Shown here: one piece after another, positions 13,010 through 24,128 of the stretch
Position numbering within the stretch: the stretch's first letter is position 1
Layout of the letters: each line of letters begins with the position of its first letter
NCBI RefSeq assembly: GCF_963921235.1
Contig: NC_086120.1
Coordinates: 9,114,001 to 9,178,000 of the forward strand
Direction: 5' to 3'
DNA length: 64,000 nucleotides
Source: Mobula hypostoma
Lineage: Eukaryota
Made by a program: the position numbers and the translations under genes
Notes under the pieces: generated by a model
What the model saw: the letters and a program-made list of their open reading frames with translations, nothing else
Databases searched by the model: none
Told to the model about the DNA's origin: nothing

Positions 13010-14420
13010 ATAAGGACTCTGAAGGGAGTCAAACCCCATAAGGCAGCCGGGCCAGACAACATCCCAGGCTGAGCACTCAGGAAATGTACACACCAGCTCA
13101 CTGACCTCCTCACGGACATCTACAACACTTCACTCATCCAGGCTGCTGCCCCATATGCTTCAGATCAGCCACTATCATTCCTGTACGAAAGTACTCGACA
13201 CTCTCAGAACTAAACGACCATCGACTGGTGTCACTGACACCAATTATCATGAAGTGCTTTGAACAGCTGGTAATGGCACACATTAAAATCTCATTCCTGC
13301 CACACTGGACACTCACAAATATGTTTACCAAATGACGAATGCAATAGCATCTGTCATGCACCTGGCCCTGGTACACCGAGAAAACAGGAGCACTTGTGTC
13401 AGAACAAGAGAAAATCTGCAGATGCTGGAAATCCAGGCAACACACATAAAATGCTGGAGCAACTCAGCATGCCAGGCAGCACCTATCGAAAAGAGTACAG
13501 TCGACGTTTCAGGCCAAGACCCTCCAGCAGGACTGTCAGAATGCTGTTTCTGGATTTCAGTTCAGTGTTCAACACAATTGTCCCACGGACCTTGGTGAAC
13601 AAGCTCCTACTCCACAGTCTAAATGCACCACCGTGCAACTGGTTGTTGGACTTCTCAACAAACAGACCTCAGATAGTCAGGATGCACAACTGCTCCTCCC
13701 TCTCCATGATCCTTAACACGGGTGTCCCCACCCCCAGGGCTCTGCGCTCACCCCATTGTTAAACACTCTGCTCTCACATCACTGCACAGCCAAACATTAA
13801 GTAATCACATTGTCAGGTTTCCCAATGACACAACAGTGGTGGGGCTCATCACCAACAATGATAATACAGCCTTCAGAGAGGAGGTGCAAGAGTTTGATGC
13901 CTGGTTCCAGGCAATTAACTTATTCCTCAATGTTAACAAGACAAAGAAGATTTTTATTGATGTCAGGAGAACTCACACCACACACATCACATCGGCTGCA
14001 CATCATGCATCACCTCTCATCATCCCAGAAGACATCCTGCACAATTGGGAAAGCTCACCAACAACCTTACTTTCTGAGGAGGTTGAAGTGAGCTGGACTG
14101 TGCACATCTTTACTCATGTCCTTCTGCAGATGTGCAATACAGAGCATCCTAACAAGCTTTCTCATTGCATGGTTAGGAAACTGCTCTGTGCTGGACAGGA
14201 AGTTCTATACAATGGATATGGCCAATGCATCAGCGGCACAAGTTGACCCACCATTAAGGATGTAAAAGCAGAATGGTGCCAGTAATGTCATGAAGGATCC
14301 CACCAACCCTGCACATTGACTGTCCCACTCCCAGCTGGGAGGATGCTGCATAGCATCCACACCAGGACCACTAGATTCAAAAACAGTTAATTTCCCCAAG
14401 TACGAAGGATGTCTAACTCC
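13010..14420 (+). mobile_element. Rex1/Babar-like LINE RT region, degenerate
   Basis: KAAGPDNIPG, VRMLFLDFSSVFNTIVP, NWLLDFSTNRPQIVR, RFPNDTTVVGLITNND..FREEV, LNVNKTKKI. Confidence 0.8.
13405..13533 (-). mobile_element. 129-bp Penelope-terminal-repeat-like insert with 8-bp TSD
   Basis: TGTCAGAA at 13397-13404 and 13534-13541 flanks the insert; removal restores the Rex1 reading. Related copies (ctgcagatgctggaaatcc..gacgtttc.ggcc) occur at ~21600-21715, ~46585-46700, ~19845-19990 and ~9050. Confidence 0.75.
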
Positions 14421-17400
14421 TCCAACTTTAAATGCACACCTCCACCATCTCTACTTCATCATTTCCTGTCAGAGTCACCTTATGTACAGACACTCCTGTG
14501 CCTAGTGTCAGTTTATGGACATACAATCAATCTGTGTATGTAAGCTATCTCATGTATTTGAGAAGGCCGGGAACTGGGGTTGAGGAGGAGGAGAAAAAAG
14601 GATCAGCCATGATTGATTGGCAGAGCAGACTCGATGGGCCAGATGAGCTAATTCTGCTCTTATGTCTTATGTCCTTATGGTATTTATATTTAGCATGCTT
14701 TTTTTTCAGTATTGTATTCTTATCTTCTGGCTTTTTGTGCTACATCAGATCTGGAGTAACAATCACTTCATTTTTCTTTGCCCTTGCATAGTGGCTGGAA
14801 ATGACATTAACAATCTCGAATCTTGAATCTATTTATCTGTAGATTTTTAGCAACCAGGAGTATATCTGTTTCCACTGTATATTTGCCAAACTGATGTGTG
14901 AATCAGTCACTGCTCTTGGGTTTCTTATCAGGGAGCAGTCCGACTGGTTTTCCAATCTGGAAGTGAAGCATTTACTCATATTCCTTTGTGATTTTCCTGC
15001 TTTGTTTGCTGATACAGGCTGGACTTATCTGACCTCTACCATGATGAACATCTGATGAAACAGCTGTAACCATAAATTTGGAAACTCCTTTTGACTCTCG
15101 AAGAACTTTCTGGACAATATCACCTCCAGATCTAACCAGAGTTACAAAGGGAGTTGTACTATATTGGAGACTAATGCTGTCATTTAATCTCAGTGACTAG
15201 ACAGTACAGAAACAAGTGAAGAAACTGGGAAACATCAGTCAATTATCAACTTCATGAACTGCAAAAAATAAGAAGGTTTTACTTTGGAGGTGCCAGAACT
15301 AAATTCACCGCCTCACACTCACAGGCCTTCATAAGAGGGTAAATAATGGCGAATCAGAATGGTTCCCTCAGAAAGTGAGGCCATTTGGCCTGTTCACTGC
15401 AGACCAGCTCGATATTAAAAACATTACATGTCCCAGCCAGTCCAGCAGTTTCAGATACTTAACTGACTCCAGCTTCAATATAACAGTTGAATCTCCCTGC
15501 ACTGATATCTTGGCTGTAAGATAGAGATCGATAAAACTCAAGTGAACTCACAGGTGGCCACACATCACACAACATTTTTCAAACTCAAAACATTCATGTT
15601 TTAGTTACTTTCTCCCAAAGGCTAAAGATTCAGGAAACTCCCTAACACAGTACATTTATAGAAATCTTTCTAAGGTCCAAGAATAGGTATTTTTTTTATC
15701 TGCTTAGTAGATATTTCCAAGTCTACTAAGTTAGTAACTTCGCAGTGAACTTGCAGTGGACACCTCCTGCTTATTCTGAACTTGTGTACTTGCAGTTGAG
15801 CTGAAAGGTTTGGAAGGAGTTGTTAGATTAACATGGGGAAGTAACAGCAGGACATTTTATAAGTGGACCACACTAAGTTCATTGTACACCTTTGGGGGAT
15901 AGAACAAATGTTGATGTTTGTTTGTTTAAGCCTATCACCCTCCTGGAGCATCGGCCACAGGTCAGAGTCCTCTGTCCTGGCCCCTTCTTTCAAGTTGTTC
16001 ACAGGTGTAGCCCATCTTCAAAGACCCATCCTCTCTCAGGGAGGAGCTCTTTGAAGCTTCTCTTAGCATTTCTGTAGCTCTTGGTTTCTACAGGATGTAT
16101 TGCTTGACCCATGTCCAACACTCCACCTCTTTCAACTGGGCTTGGGACCATCCATGGTGGAGTAAATGAATGTCGATGGCCATGGAAATTGGGTGGTGGA
16201 AATTGGGCTGCCTTCTCCTCGATAGTTTTGACCTTCTGAAATGTTTTTGGAGCTGTACTCTTCTACAAAATTGGAAAATATTCCTTTATGTCCTTGTCTT
16301 AGATGTTATAAATAGTGGCAAAGTATCATGGTGGTTTGACGCTGAATGCCACGGGTAGGTAGCTTGACAGACTCTTCTTGAACATGACACCAGTCCCGCA
16401 TAGCTATCATATGAATATTACTTAACCCTTATGAGCCCATACCTGAATGTTGTCCAGGTCCTGCTGGATGTAGTTATGAACTGGCATTTGACCTGTAATC
16501 TTCTCTGCAATTCAAGTGTTTGTCAACACTACCTGCATCTACCAAATCCTCACGAATGGTGTTCAAATTTCACACCATTCTCTTCATGGAATGTTTCCCT
16601 TCAGGATTCCTCTAAATATCCAAACTCACCAGTTTAAGGCTATCCCTCCACCAGAAAAATATCCTTTATGTCTACCCTCTATCTTCCTCATAATCTCATA
16701 TATCTCTATCAGCTCACACATTGGCTTCTTCAAGTTCCCAAGATACAAAAAATCAGTTGATCCAATCTCTATTTATACCTGAAAATTCAATCAATTATTG
16801 AGGAAGGTTTTCCCACAAGTATAGTCATGCTGACTATGCCCAGATTAATCTCAGCCTTTCCAAGCATAAATATATCCTATCCTTGGGATTTTTACTATAA
16901 TTCCCTTCCACTGATTTAAAACTCATGGCCCATCATTGCTTGGTTTATACCTGCTGCCCTTTTGAATAATGGGACCACCTTTGCTATTCTCTAGTCATCT
17001 GCTATCTCATCTGCAGCAAATAAAGTTCAGAAGTCTCCATCTATGAGATGTGAAAGGAAATTGCTGCAGCCAAAGTAATATAGCAGAGATACAGACCTTG
17101 TGGACACAGATTGGTTCAGTTTCATTTGACTTAATTATTGGCACATGGGCCAACTGGCCAATTCCTTTGATGAAAAGTTTGATATTCTGCTCCACAATTC
17201 AAGAATCATTCCTCTTCCTGTTCCTCTGCCTGCTCAATGAACCCACCTGTCTGGCCATGCCTCTGTCCCTAGAGGGAGACTATCCCCAATCAGTACTCTG
17301 AATATCATACAGTTAGAGAGCAGGGAGTCCTCACGGCTCTGCTGACCTATCTCCCTGCACCAGTCTGCCTGGTGATCTCCTCGTCTCCCTGATACATGCA

Positions 17401-18499
17401 CTCACTTTAGCTGCAAGATGACCACGTCCGGAAGCCAACTGCACATGAACCATTCAGCCTTGTGGATGGACTGTTACTGCCCAAGCTCCAAACCCAGAGG
17501 CTGTGCTCCTTTAGCTGAAAACACTTCCTGTACCTATCATTGTCCAGAAAACAGGAAGCCTCCTGAGATCCCACATTGTCCAGCGTGTCCATTCCCATTG
17601 CTCTAAGATTCCCTGCCAGAGCTGTTTCTATCAGACTGCCTCTATTAACAAAGAAAATCTACACTTGAAACACCATCACTATAATATGACTTTGTAAAGA
17701 GCTCTTTGGACTTGTCTGGCAAGCTGGAGAGAATTGGGCTCTGAGATTTTTAAGAACACCATAGTTGGTTAATTTTTGTTAATTGTTTTCCTTGTTTGTT
17801 TTTGAGTTACTCACACTTTGTCATGCAGACTCTGGGTGTTTTATGTTTAAACTTGTTAAACTTAACTTTGTTAGCCACGGGGATTCCGTGTAACTTATAA
17901 TATTTAAGTGGCGACACAATTAGTGCTAATAGCAGGATCCTAGTTTTGGGAACGTTACATCTCGCAGTGTTGCTCGTCCAAGTCACCGATGTTCTGTTGG
18001 AATGCTTAATAATAAACTCTGGTTGTCATCTCTACATTGGACTCTGTCTTTCCTCTGCACTTGGGTTCCAACATTGCCAGCACACATTCTGACTGACTTA
18101 TGACCTGACTTACTCAACAGACATTTAATTTCCTGGGTGTTTGAAGAAGATAAATGCATGTATAAACTCACTGGTACAGTGTCATCTGGGCTCCCTTTCC
18201 TCCAAGAGCTTTGTTCCAGATCCTGGGAATCTGGTCAACCTCAGATATTCCACATTCTTGGAATGTGGCTGTCACTGGCAAAGCTGATAATTGTTGCCCA
18301 TCTAGAGGTACCAAGTGAAGACAATGGGCAAAAGCCTCCTAAACAATGGGCTATGCTGCTAGGCCACTTCAAACGACATGGTGTGTGACTCGAGATGGGC
18401 ATGGTCAGTGAAGATATTACCCAAAATGTTTTTGTTCCAAAATAAACTTCATTTATCATAAAATATTTACAAGAATAAATGGTGCAATGCCCTTTTATG

Positions 18500-19300
18500 C
18501 TTTAAAAAGGCATTAAGTTGTGTTCAGTTAAATTCCTTAAAGCCACTAACTCTATTGTTACTTACGTAGTCTCTGCTGGGTGCTACACTTAGGGCAATAA
18601 CTCAGGAGCTTCCTCACCAAACCCAGCCACTCCCTGTCCCGTAACAAAAGAACCTTCCATGTGGTCCTTCCTCACTGAGCCCTTACAAGTGGCTGCACAA
18701 GTGTCCAGTTGACTGGGACAATCAACAGCCAGACCCATCCTTCTCAACACCCGGGACGGATATAACCTCCATAATGATACTTGGTGCTCACGTGCTTCGG
18801 TTCCACACATAGTCTGAAGCAGCAACAGACGAATGTGCTCATCACGGTTTTGGGGACATTTTGAACGTTTTTGACCAAGGGCCTGTGCATTCGACAATGC
18901 ACAAGTCTTATTTGCTCCATCTTAGATTCCCGGATGAAGCAGAGAACAGCCTGGGTCATTTCCAAACTAGAGGACAGAGCGGGGGGATGTGCCACATCTG
19001 CACCAAGTGTAGCAGCCCTGAGAATGCCTCACAGTGGATGGCTTGTTCTCCTCACTTAATGATAGGAGCATCTTCCCCACAGTCCCGCTCTACCCTCCCA
19101 ATCTGCTCCAGTCAATTCCTGTTGCACCCCTCGGCCCCTCAGTACACGATCCCCAGCACCCTCACATAAGCAAACCTGATGATGAAGGAGACATTGGATC
19201 AGTTGGGCCAGTTGCCAAAGAAGATGGCCTGGCTCTTTGGCAACTGGCAACCGACTCCGTGAGTAGTTCGAGTTGGCAGCCTGACTGCTTAGCCATGCTG
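18500..19300 (-). mobile_element. Tx1-like (L1 clade) RT C-terminal remnant
   Basis: Manual reading KSQAIFFGNWPN..VRVLGI..GAEGCNRN*LEQIG resembles the Tx1 motif KSEAMFFGNW..LKVLGIWF. Heavily decayed; left boundary uncertain. Confidence 0.55.
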
Positions 19301-19780
19301 ATTAATTTGTGAACTTACTTCACATCCAAGTGGAAGATGGTAAATCTGTCCATGCACAGGAAACGTTTCACTTGGGTCCCTCCATTGTCTGTAGAAATCG
19401 CACATTCTATGCTCTCGTCGTTCTGCTGATGACTTCGGCAAAGGTCTTATACAGCACACAAACAAGAAAAGGGAATAAATTCTAATGTTTAATGTTTCTT
19501 CCACGTTCTCAGATGTATCATTTATTCATCTTTTGACAGTGTTGTCGCTGAGTGGCAATACTTTTATTATTTGCTCTGGTGACTTATGCAAAATTGTACT
19601 CAGAATCTTCCTTATGGCTGGCAAAATCAATTCTTCTCCAATTGTATGGTGCTTTCCAGATTTATCAATGACCAATGAAGTTTTGTACAAAGCACACAAA
19701 TCAACACTATTGCAAAGTGCTGACAAACATGGTTTGAGGTGTTTTTCATTTCTGGAAGTTTTCATGAAGTGACTGAAAGA
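19300..19780 (-). mobile_element. hAT (Buster/Charlie-like) transposase remnant
   Basis: IDKSGKHHTIGEELILPAIRKILSTIL..VLPLSDNTVKR matches the Buster-type AGKPHTIGEELILPA..PLSNNTV motif. Confidence 0.8.
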
Positions 19781-20399
19781 AAAGTAAGCAATCCTTCAAA
19801 AGACCCACACAAAAACAGCCTTTACAGCAAGATAAACACAAAATAATCTGCAGATGATGTGATCAAAGCAACACTTTCAGTACGCAGGAAGAACTCAGCA
19901 GGTCGAACCCTTCCGGCCCAAAATGTTGACTCATCGTTTCTAACTGATGCTGCCCGACCTGCTGAGTTCATCCAGCGCACTGAAAGTGTTCCTTAACAGC
20001 AAGATGTTGTGAATTCATTCATCAGAAAGTTCTGTTTAGAAATCAATTCCCATTGGGTAGATATGTACACCATAACTACGTCATTTCACATAGCCAAACC
20101 GATATGGTAACTACAATTCCAACAGAACAATTAAATATAAAACAAGATATCATTGTCTCTGGTTTAAATCAGATATGTTAACCCTGTTTCTTTCTCCAGT
20201 GGGCACCGTCAGAATTGCTGAGTGTCTCTGCTTTAATTTCAATTTGACAACAGAAGCAGTATTTTGCTTCTGGGCAAACTTTAAAAGTAGAAAGTTTGAA
20301 AGTAAAATCGTCTAGCTGTTAGGCTGTCGAGTTCTAGATGCCCTTCCTCGTGGAGTCAGACAAATGACAACTAGAAGCATTGCATTGGGCACTTCCCAC

Positions 20400-21370
20400 A
20401 TTGTGATGCCGGGAAGATGGCGGCTTGCTCTAACGCAGCGGTCAAACAAAGGTGGGCTTTTCTTTTTAAAATGTGTGATTTTTTAATGATCCTATGAATA
20501 TACTGCGCTCCAAGAACTACGGGCACAGAAGGTCTACCGCGTTGTTCGTAGCCGCTGGATGGGGTGACAAAGGAGCCAGTGCCCAGCTCGGCTCAGAGGA
20601 GAGGCCGGCAGATGGGCTGGAGAATGTTCGGAGGAGCTGACCTGAGTGCAGACCGAGTTGCTGCCCGCACTCGAAGTTGTGGGAGTTGGTGCGCAAAAGC
20701 AGAGTGCCGTGTCACCGTGAGTGACTGTCTTGGACGTTTCTCTTGCGATCGCAAGACCCAGTTGGACATCGATAATGTGAGATGCAACAATCCTGTTTCA
20801 CTTGCTTGGTGTATAACGGGTGACGAGACAGCAGCGTGGCCTCGGTTGTCGGCACGGACTTGGTCTCCAGCGAGTTTGCAGATGAGACGACGCTGGAGAC
20901 GATGTAGCATGGAGTCCGTGCTCAGTTGAGATTTGGCCTTTTCGGTCAGTGCTGCCCTCCAGTGTTCAATCTGTGGAATGACAGGCTGTATTGCCGGGAG
21001 CTGTATCACCAAAGTGAATGTCGCTCAGGGACCGAGACTCTACGTCTGTTTTCCTACANNNNNNNNNNNNNNNNNNNNNNNNNNNNNNNNNNNNNNNNNN
21101 NNNNNNNNNNNNNNNNNNNNNNNNNNNNNNNNNNNNNNNNNNNNNNNNNNNNNNNNNNNNNNNNNNNNNNNNNNNNNNNNNNNNNNNNNNNNNNNNNNNN
21201 NNNNNNNNNNNNNNNNNNNNNNNNNNNNNNNNNNNNNNNNNNNNNNNNNNNNNNNNNNNNNNNNNNNNNNNNNNNNNNNNNNNNNNNNACCTTGGCCCCA
21301 GAAGAACGCTCTCTTTGGACTGTCTCCGAGTATCGTTGGAATCATAATTAAACTTGATTCCATTCGATTT
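20400..21370 (+). repeat. Unclassified GC-rich interspersed repeat, probably one element spanning gap 1
   Basis: Starts with gggaagatggcggc. The post-gap sequence accttggcccc..ataattaaacttga looks like a LINE-type 3' tail. No credible ORF; family assignment is an inference. Confidence 0.35.
21059..21288. other. Assembly gap 1 (230 N)
   Basis: Run of N. Confidence 1.
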
Positions 21371-21959
21371 GACTTCACCTGAAAAGGTGCATCAGAGCTG
21401 AGACTGTAAGCTGTCAATTCTAGGAGTTTTGTTAGATTCGAAGGAATCGATGGAGCCAGTCAGCTCCTCAAGCGTCATTGTTTGGTCCCCACATTTAGAA
21501 CGAATTCAACCCTCAAATTGCCAAAATGGGTTTGAACTTCAGGACTGAATGACTGATGTGGGAACAGGAAGCCTGCACTGCGCTATCACAGACCAGGTTA
21601 GTTCTGCAGATGCTGGAAATCCAAGCAACACACACGAAATGCTGGAGGAACTCAGCAGGCCTGGCAACATCTATGAAAAACAGTACATTCGACGTTTCGG
21701 GCCGCGACCATTCAACAGCCCGCACTGTCCTGCCCTGTTGTCACTGGAGGTGTGAGGGGCATCTGTGGAACGAAGGAAGGAATCAGCGAAATAAAGGCAG
21801 AGTTTGGGAAATGTCGGACAATGAATGACTTTTTCATTCGTAATTTGTTTTTAACAGATCAGTCAGTTGCTAACAATGTCGCCACCTCAACCCGATGGTA
21901 CGTGACAGCATATGGGAGGGTTTCCGATCCCCGCTCTGACTGGTCAGTGTCAGTCACCC

Positions 21960-22001
21960 TGATTTGCGTGGATTCCCTCCCGGGTGTGAATGGCTCTATA
22001 A
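21960..22001 (+). promoter_or_regulatory. Ig light-chain promoter: variant decamer/octamer and TATA-like box (copy 1)
   Basis: TGATTTGCGT at 21960-21969 (consensus TNATTTGCAT, one mismatch); TATAA at 21997-22001; ATG at 22082. Confidence 0.6.
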
Positions 22002-22081
22002 CCGGGTTCCACTGGCAGCGGCGGTCAGTCAGTCACAGATCCATCGACAGGCAGGAGGCAGGAAGCTGACGGGCAGCAACG

Positions 22082-22126
22082 ATGCGGACGCTGTGTTTTT
22101 CTGGTCTCTGGCAGTGTGTCTGGGCT
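22082..22126 (+). pseudogene. IgL: Ig light-chain leader exon (copy 1), 45 nt, one base short of frame
   Basis: ATG 22082 to the GTAAGT donor at 22127. Adding one T to the T5 run (22096-22100) gives 46 nt and the signal peptide MRTLCFFWSLAVCLG-SGES, matching the phase-1 acceptor at 22229. Confidence 0.8.
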
Positions 22127-22229
22127 GTAAGTACAGGCGGCAAGACTGCACCACCAGTGGTGGCTGAGGTGGGTCTTGGGGGGTCAGATTAAAGAGTCAA
22201 TGTTAAAATTGAATTCCTGTCTTTCATAG

Positions 22230-22580
22230 CTGGAGAGTCCCAGACTCTGGCTCAGACTCCGACCGTGTCGATGAGACCAGGAGCCACGGCCAGGCTGAAT
22301 TGTGACATCGGATCAAAGGATGACAATCGTGAGAACTGGTACATGCAGACTCCGGGAACAATTCCACAATGGATCCTAAATGACCATGATTCCTGGAATA
22401 GCCTAAACTACGCCCCTGGGATTAGCAGTGACCGTTTCACGTCGACAGTCAACAGCGCCGGCACCGAGTATCAGTTAATCCTAAACAGGGTGGAGATGAA
22501 TGACGCTGCCGTCTATTACTGCGGAAAGTGGGCTACACGAACCAGTACTTTCGGCCGTGGGACAAAGCTCTTTGTTACAG
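22230..22580 (+). CDS. IgL: Sigma-type Ig light-chain pre-joined V-J exon (copy 1)
   Basis: Acceptor ctttcatag; reads GESQTLAQTPTVSMRPGATARLNC..WYMQTPG..ILNDHDSWNSLNYAPGISSDRFTST..DAAVYYCGKWATRTSTFGRGTKLFVT; donor G|GTAGGT. Both Cys, the Trp and FGxG are intact. The long CDR2 and RFTST are characteristic of sigma (recognised by similarity, not by a search). Confidence 0.93.
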
Positions 22581-23518
22581 GTAGGTGTCTAGGAAATATC
22601 TCCTGCAATAACCACGGCATAAATACGGCCACCCGGCAATTAATAATTTATACGTTATAATTTCCTAGCGAGTATTAAAGTGAAAGTATTGATTTACAAT
22701 TTAATCGTGTTTCGAGTTCAACGTCAGTTTTACGGGACGGAGTTGTGTTTGGTGAATTGTTACCTTCTCTTAATGAAACATTTCTCTTTTCGATTGGGTT
22801 TTCCGACAAACTATGATTTAACATTTTATGATCATTAGTGCTATTTCTGTTCTAGTGTTAGTTTGTCAGTTTTTATGTTGTTTTGATAGGAACGAAAGAG
22901 AAGGGACACAGTGGGGCAGGCCTTTGCCGACTGAAGACAGTCCATGACAATACATCAGAACGACAGGTTTCAAGTTATTGTTCAGCACATTCCCGCGAAA
23001 CATCCCTCGGACAGTTACTGGACTTGCTGTCCTCCCAGTGAGGGTGGAACTCTCCTCCAGCACCCATCAATTAAAATATCCTCTCCCAGTGCCCAGCCCT
23101 CGCCTCCTGGCGCTTTGATGCCAGTGTGTCTCTCAATTCCGGGAATGACTCAGTGCCAAAAAGCTTCACCCGTTGGAGTAGATTTCCAGTATTCCATTTT
23201 AAGCAATACGCACTGTCCTCCATGGGCACTGCACTGTCTTTCAGTGAGACTCGCAGCCCCACTCAATGAACCTGAAACCTTTCATTTGCACTCTGTCAAA
23301 TTGTGGAGGACCCGGAAGCGATTAACTCCACGGGGTATGTACTGTTTTATAGACGGTAGTAACTATATTTTACTCTGAGTATACTTACTATCTTTTAAAT
23401 ATTGAAAGTCTGCACTTTGTGTATATATGATGTCAATAAACTTTTATAGTTTTGTAAAGAAAAATGACGAGAGATCGTTCGCGTTGTGAAACACGCCTTT
23501 TTTTTTGTTCTCGTTCAG

Positions 23519-23841
23519 CTCGGCAACTCCCGGACCCGTCAGTGAAACTGCTTGGGCCATCAGCCGAGGAGATCTCCGCTAAAGGAGCGGGCACCTTAGT
23601 TTGCCTGGTCAGTAAATTGTCGATCGGCTTCCCTGTCGTCAGCTGGACAGTGAACGACAGTCCGACGAGCAGTGAGGTGCAAACCAGCGGGGTGACTCAG
23701 AACGCGGACAAAACCTTCAGTCTCAGCAGCTACCTGACGGTGCCCGGCGCAGACTGGAGCAGTGGGAAGAGGTACTCCTGCTCAGTTCAACAAGGAGCAG
23801 CCTCGACAATATCCGCAACAGTCACACAATCCAGCTGTTAA
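23519..23841 (+). CDS. IgL: Ig light-chain constant exon (copy 1)
   Basis: Polypyrimidine tract + CAG acceptor, phase 1. ARQLPDPSVKLLGPSAEE..TLVCLVSK..VSW..FSLSSYL..W..YSCSV..TQSSC*: C1-set Ig domain with terminal Cys. J-C intron 22581-23518 (938 bp). Confidence 0.95.
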
Positions 23842-24122
23842 ACAGAGCGCGGCTTCGGCCTTGTTTGTTCCCGATTAACGGGAGATCATGCCTTGTATCT
23901 TTCACCACTACCACTCTTACTCGCTCTTCACTGTACTTCCCTTCTGTTCCGCTCTCTGTAGTTTCCACTGTGGTGTTGGAATATTTGTACTCTGATTTGA
24001 GGCGGATTTTGTTCTTTTTCCTACTGAGAGGCTACACGGTGGTAACGCGGGCAGTTACTTCTTGAAATTTCAGGCTGTGAATGGTTTTCTCTGAAATTGG
24101 GGTTGGTTTAATTAGAATAATT

Positions 24123-24128
24123 AATAAA
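24123..24128 (+). terminator. Candidate polyadenylation signal (copy 1)
   Basis: First AATAAA after the stop (~280 bp downstream), followed by a GT-rich stretch. A second AATAAA lies at 24186. Confidence 0.6.

Noticed and set aside
14800-17200. Possible host-gene exons in apparently unique AT-rich DNA
   Set aside because: I found no open exon with convincing splice sites or protein similarity by eye. A spliced alignment to transcripts would be needed.
22230-22580. Somatic rearrangement from sampled lymphocytes, or a processed retrocopy
   Set aside because: The identical junction is assembled in both units and both introns are present, so a germline DNA-level join is the simpler explanation. 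Confirmation in non-lymphoid DNA is still needed.
22265-22660. ORF-track start (GTG 22265) and tail GRCLGNISC.. as the real protein ends
   Set aside because: The exon is delimited by the acceptor at 22229 and the donor at 22581; the rest is intron read-through. The same holds for MTRDRSRCETRLFFCSRS before the C exon.
22907-22913. Perfect RSS heptamer CACAGTG in the J-C intron (analogy to the kappa intron heptamer); also CACTGTG at 23966
   Set aside because: No acceptable nonamer at 12 or 23 bp in either orientation. A lone 7-mer in ~1 kb is plausible by chance.
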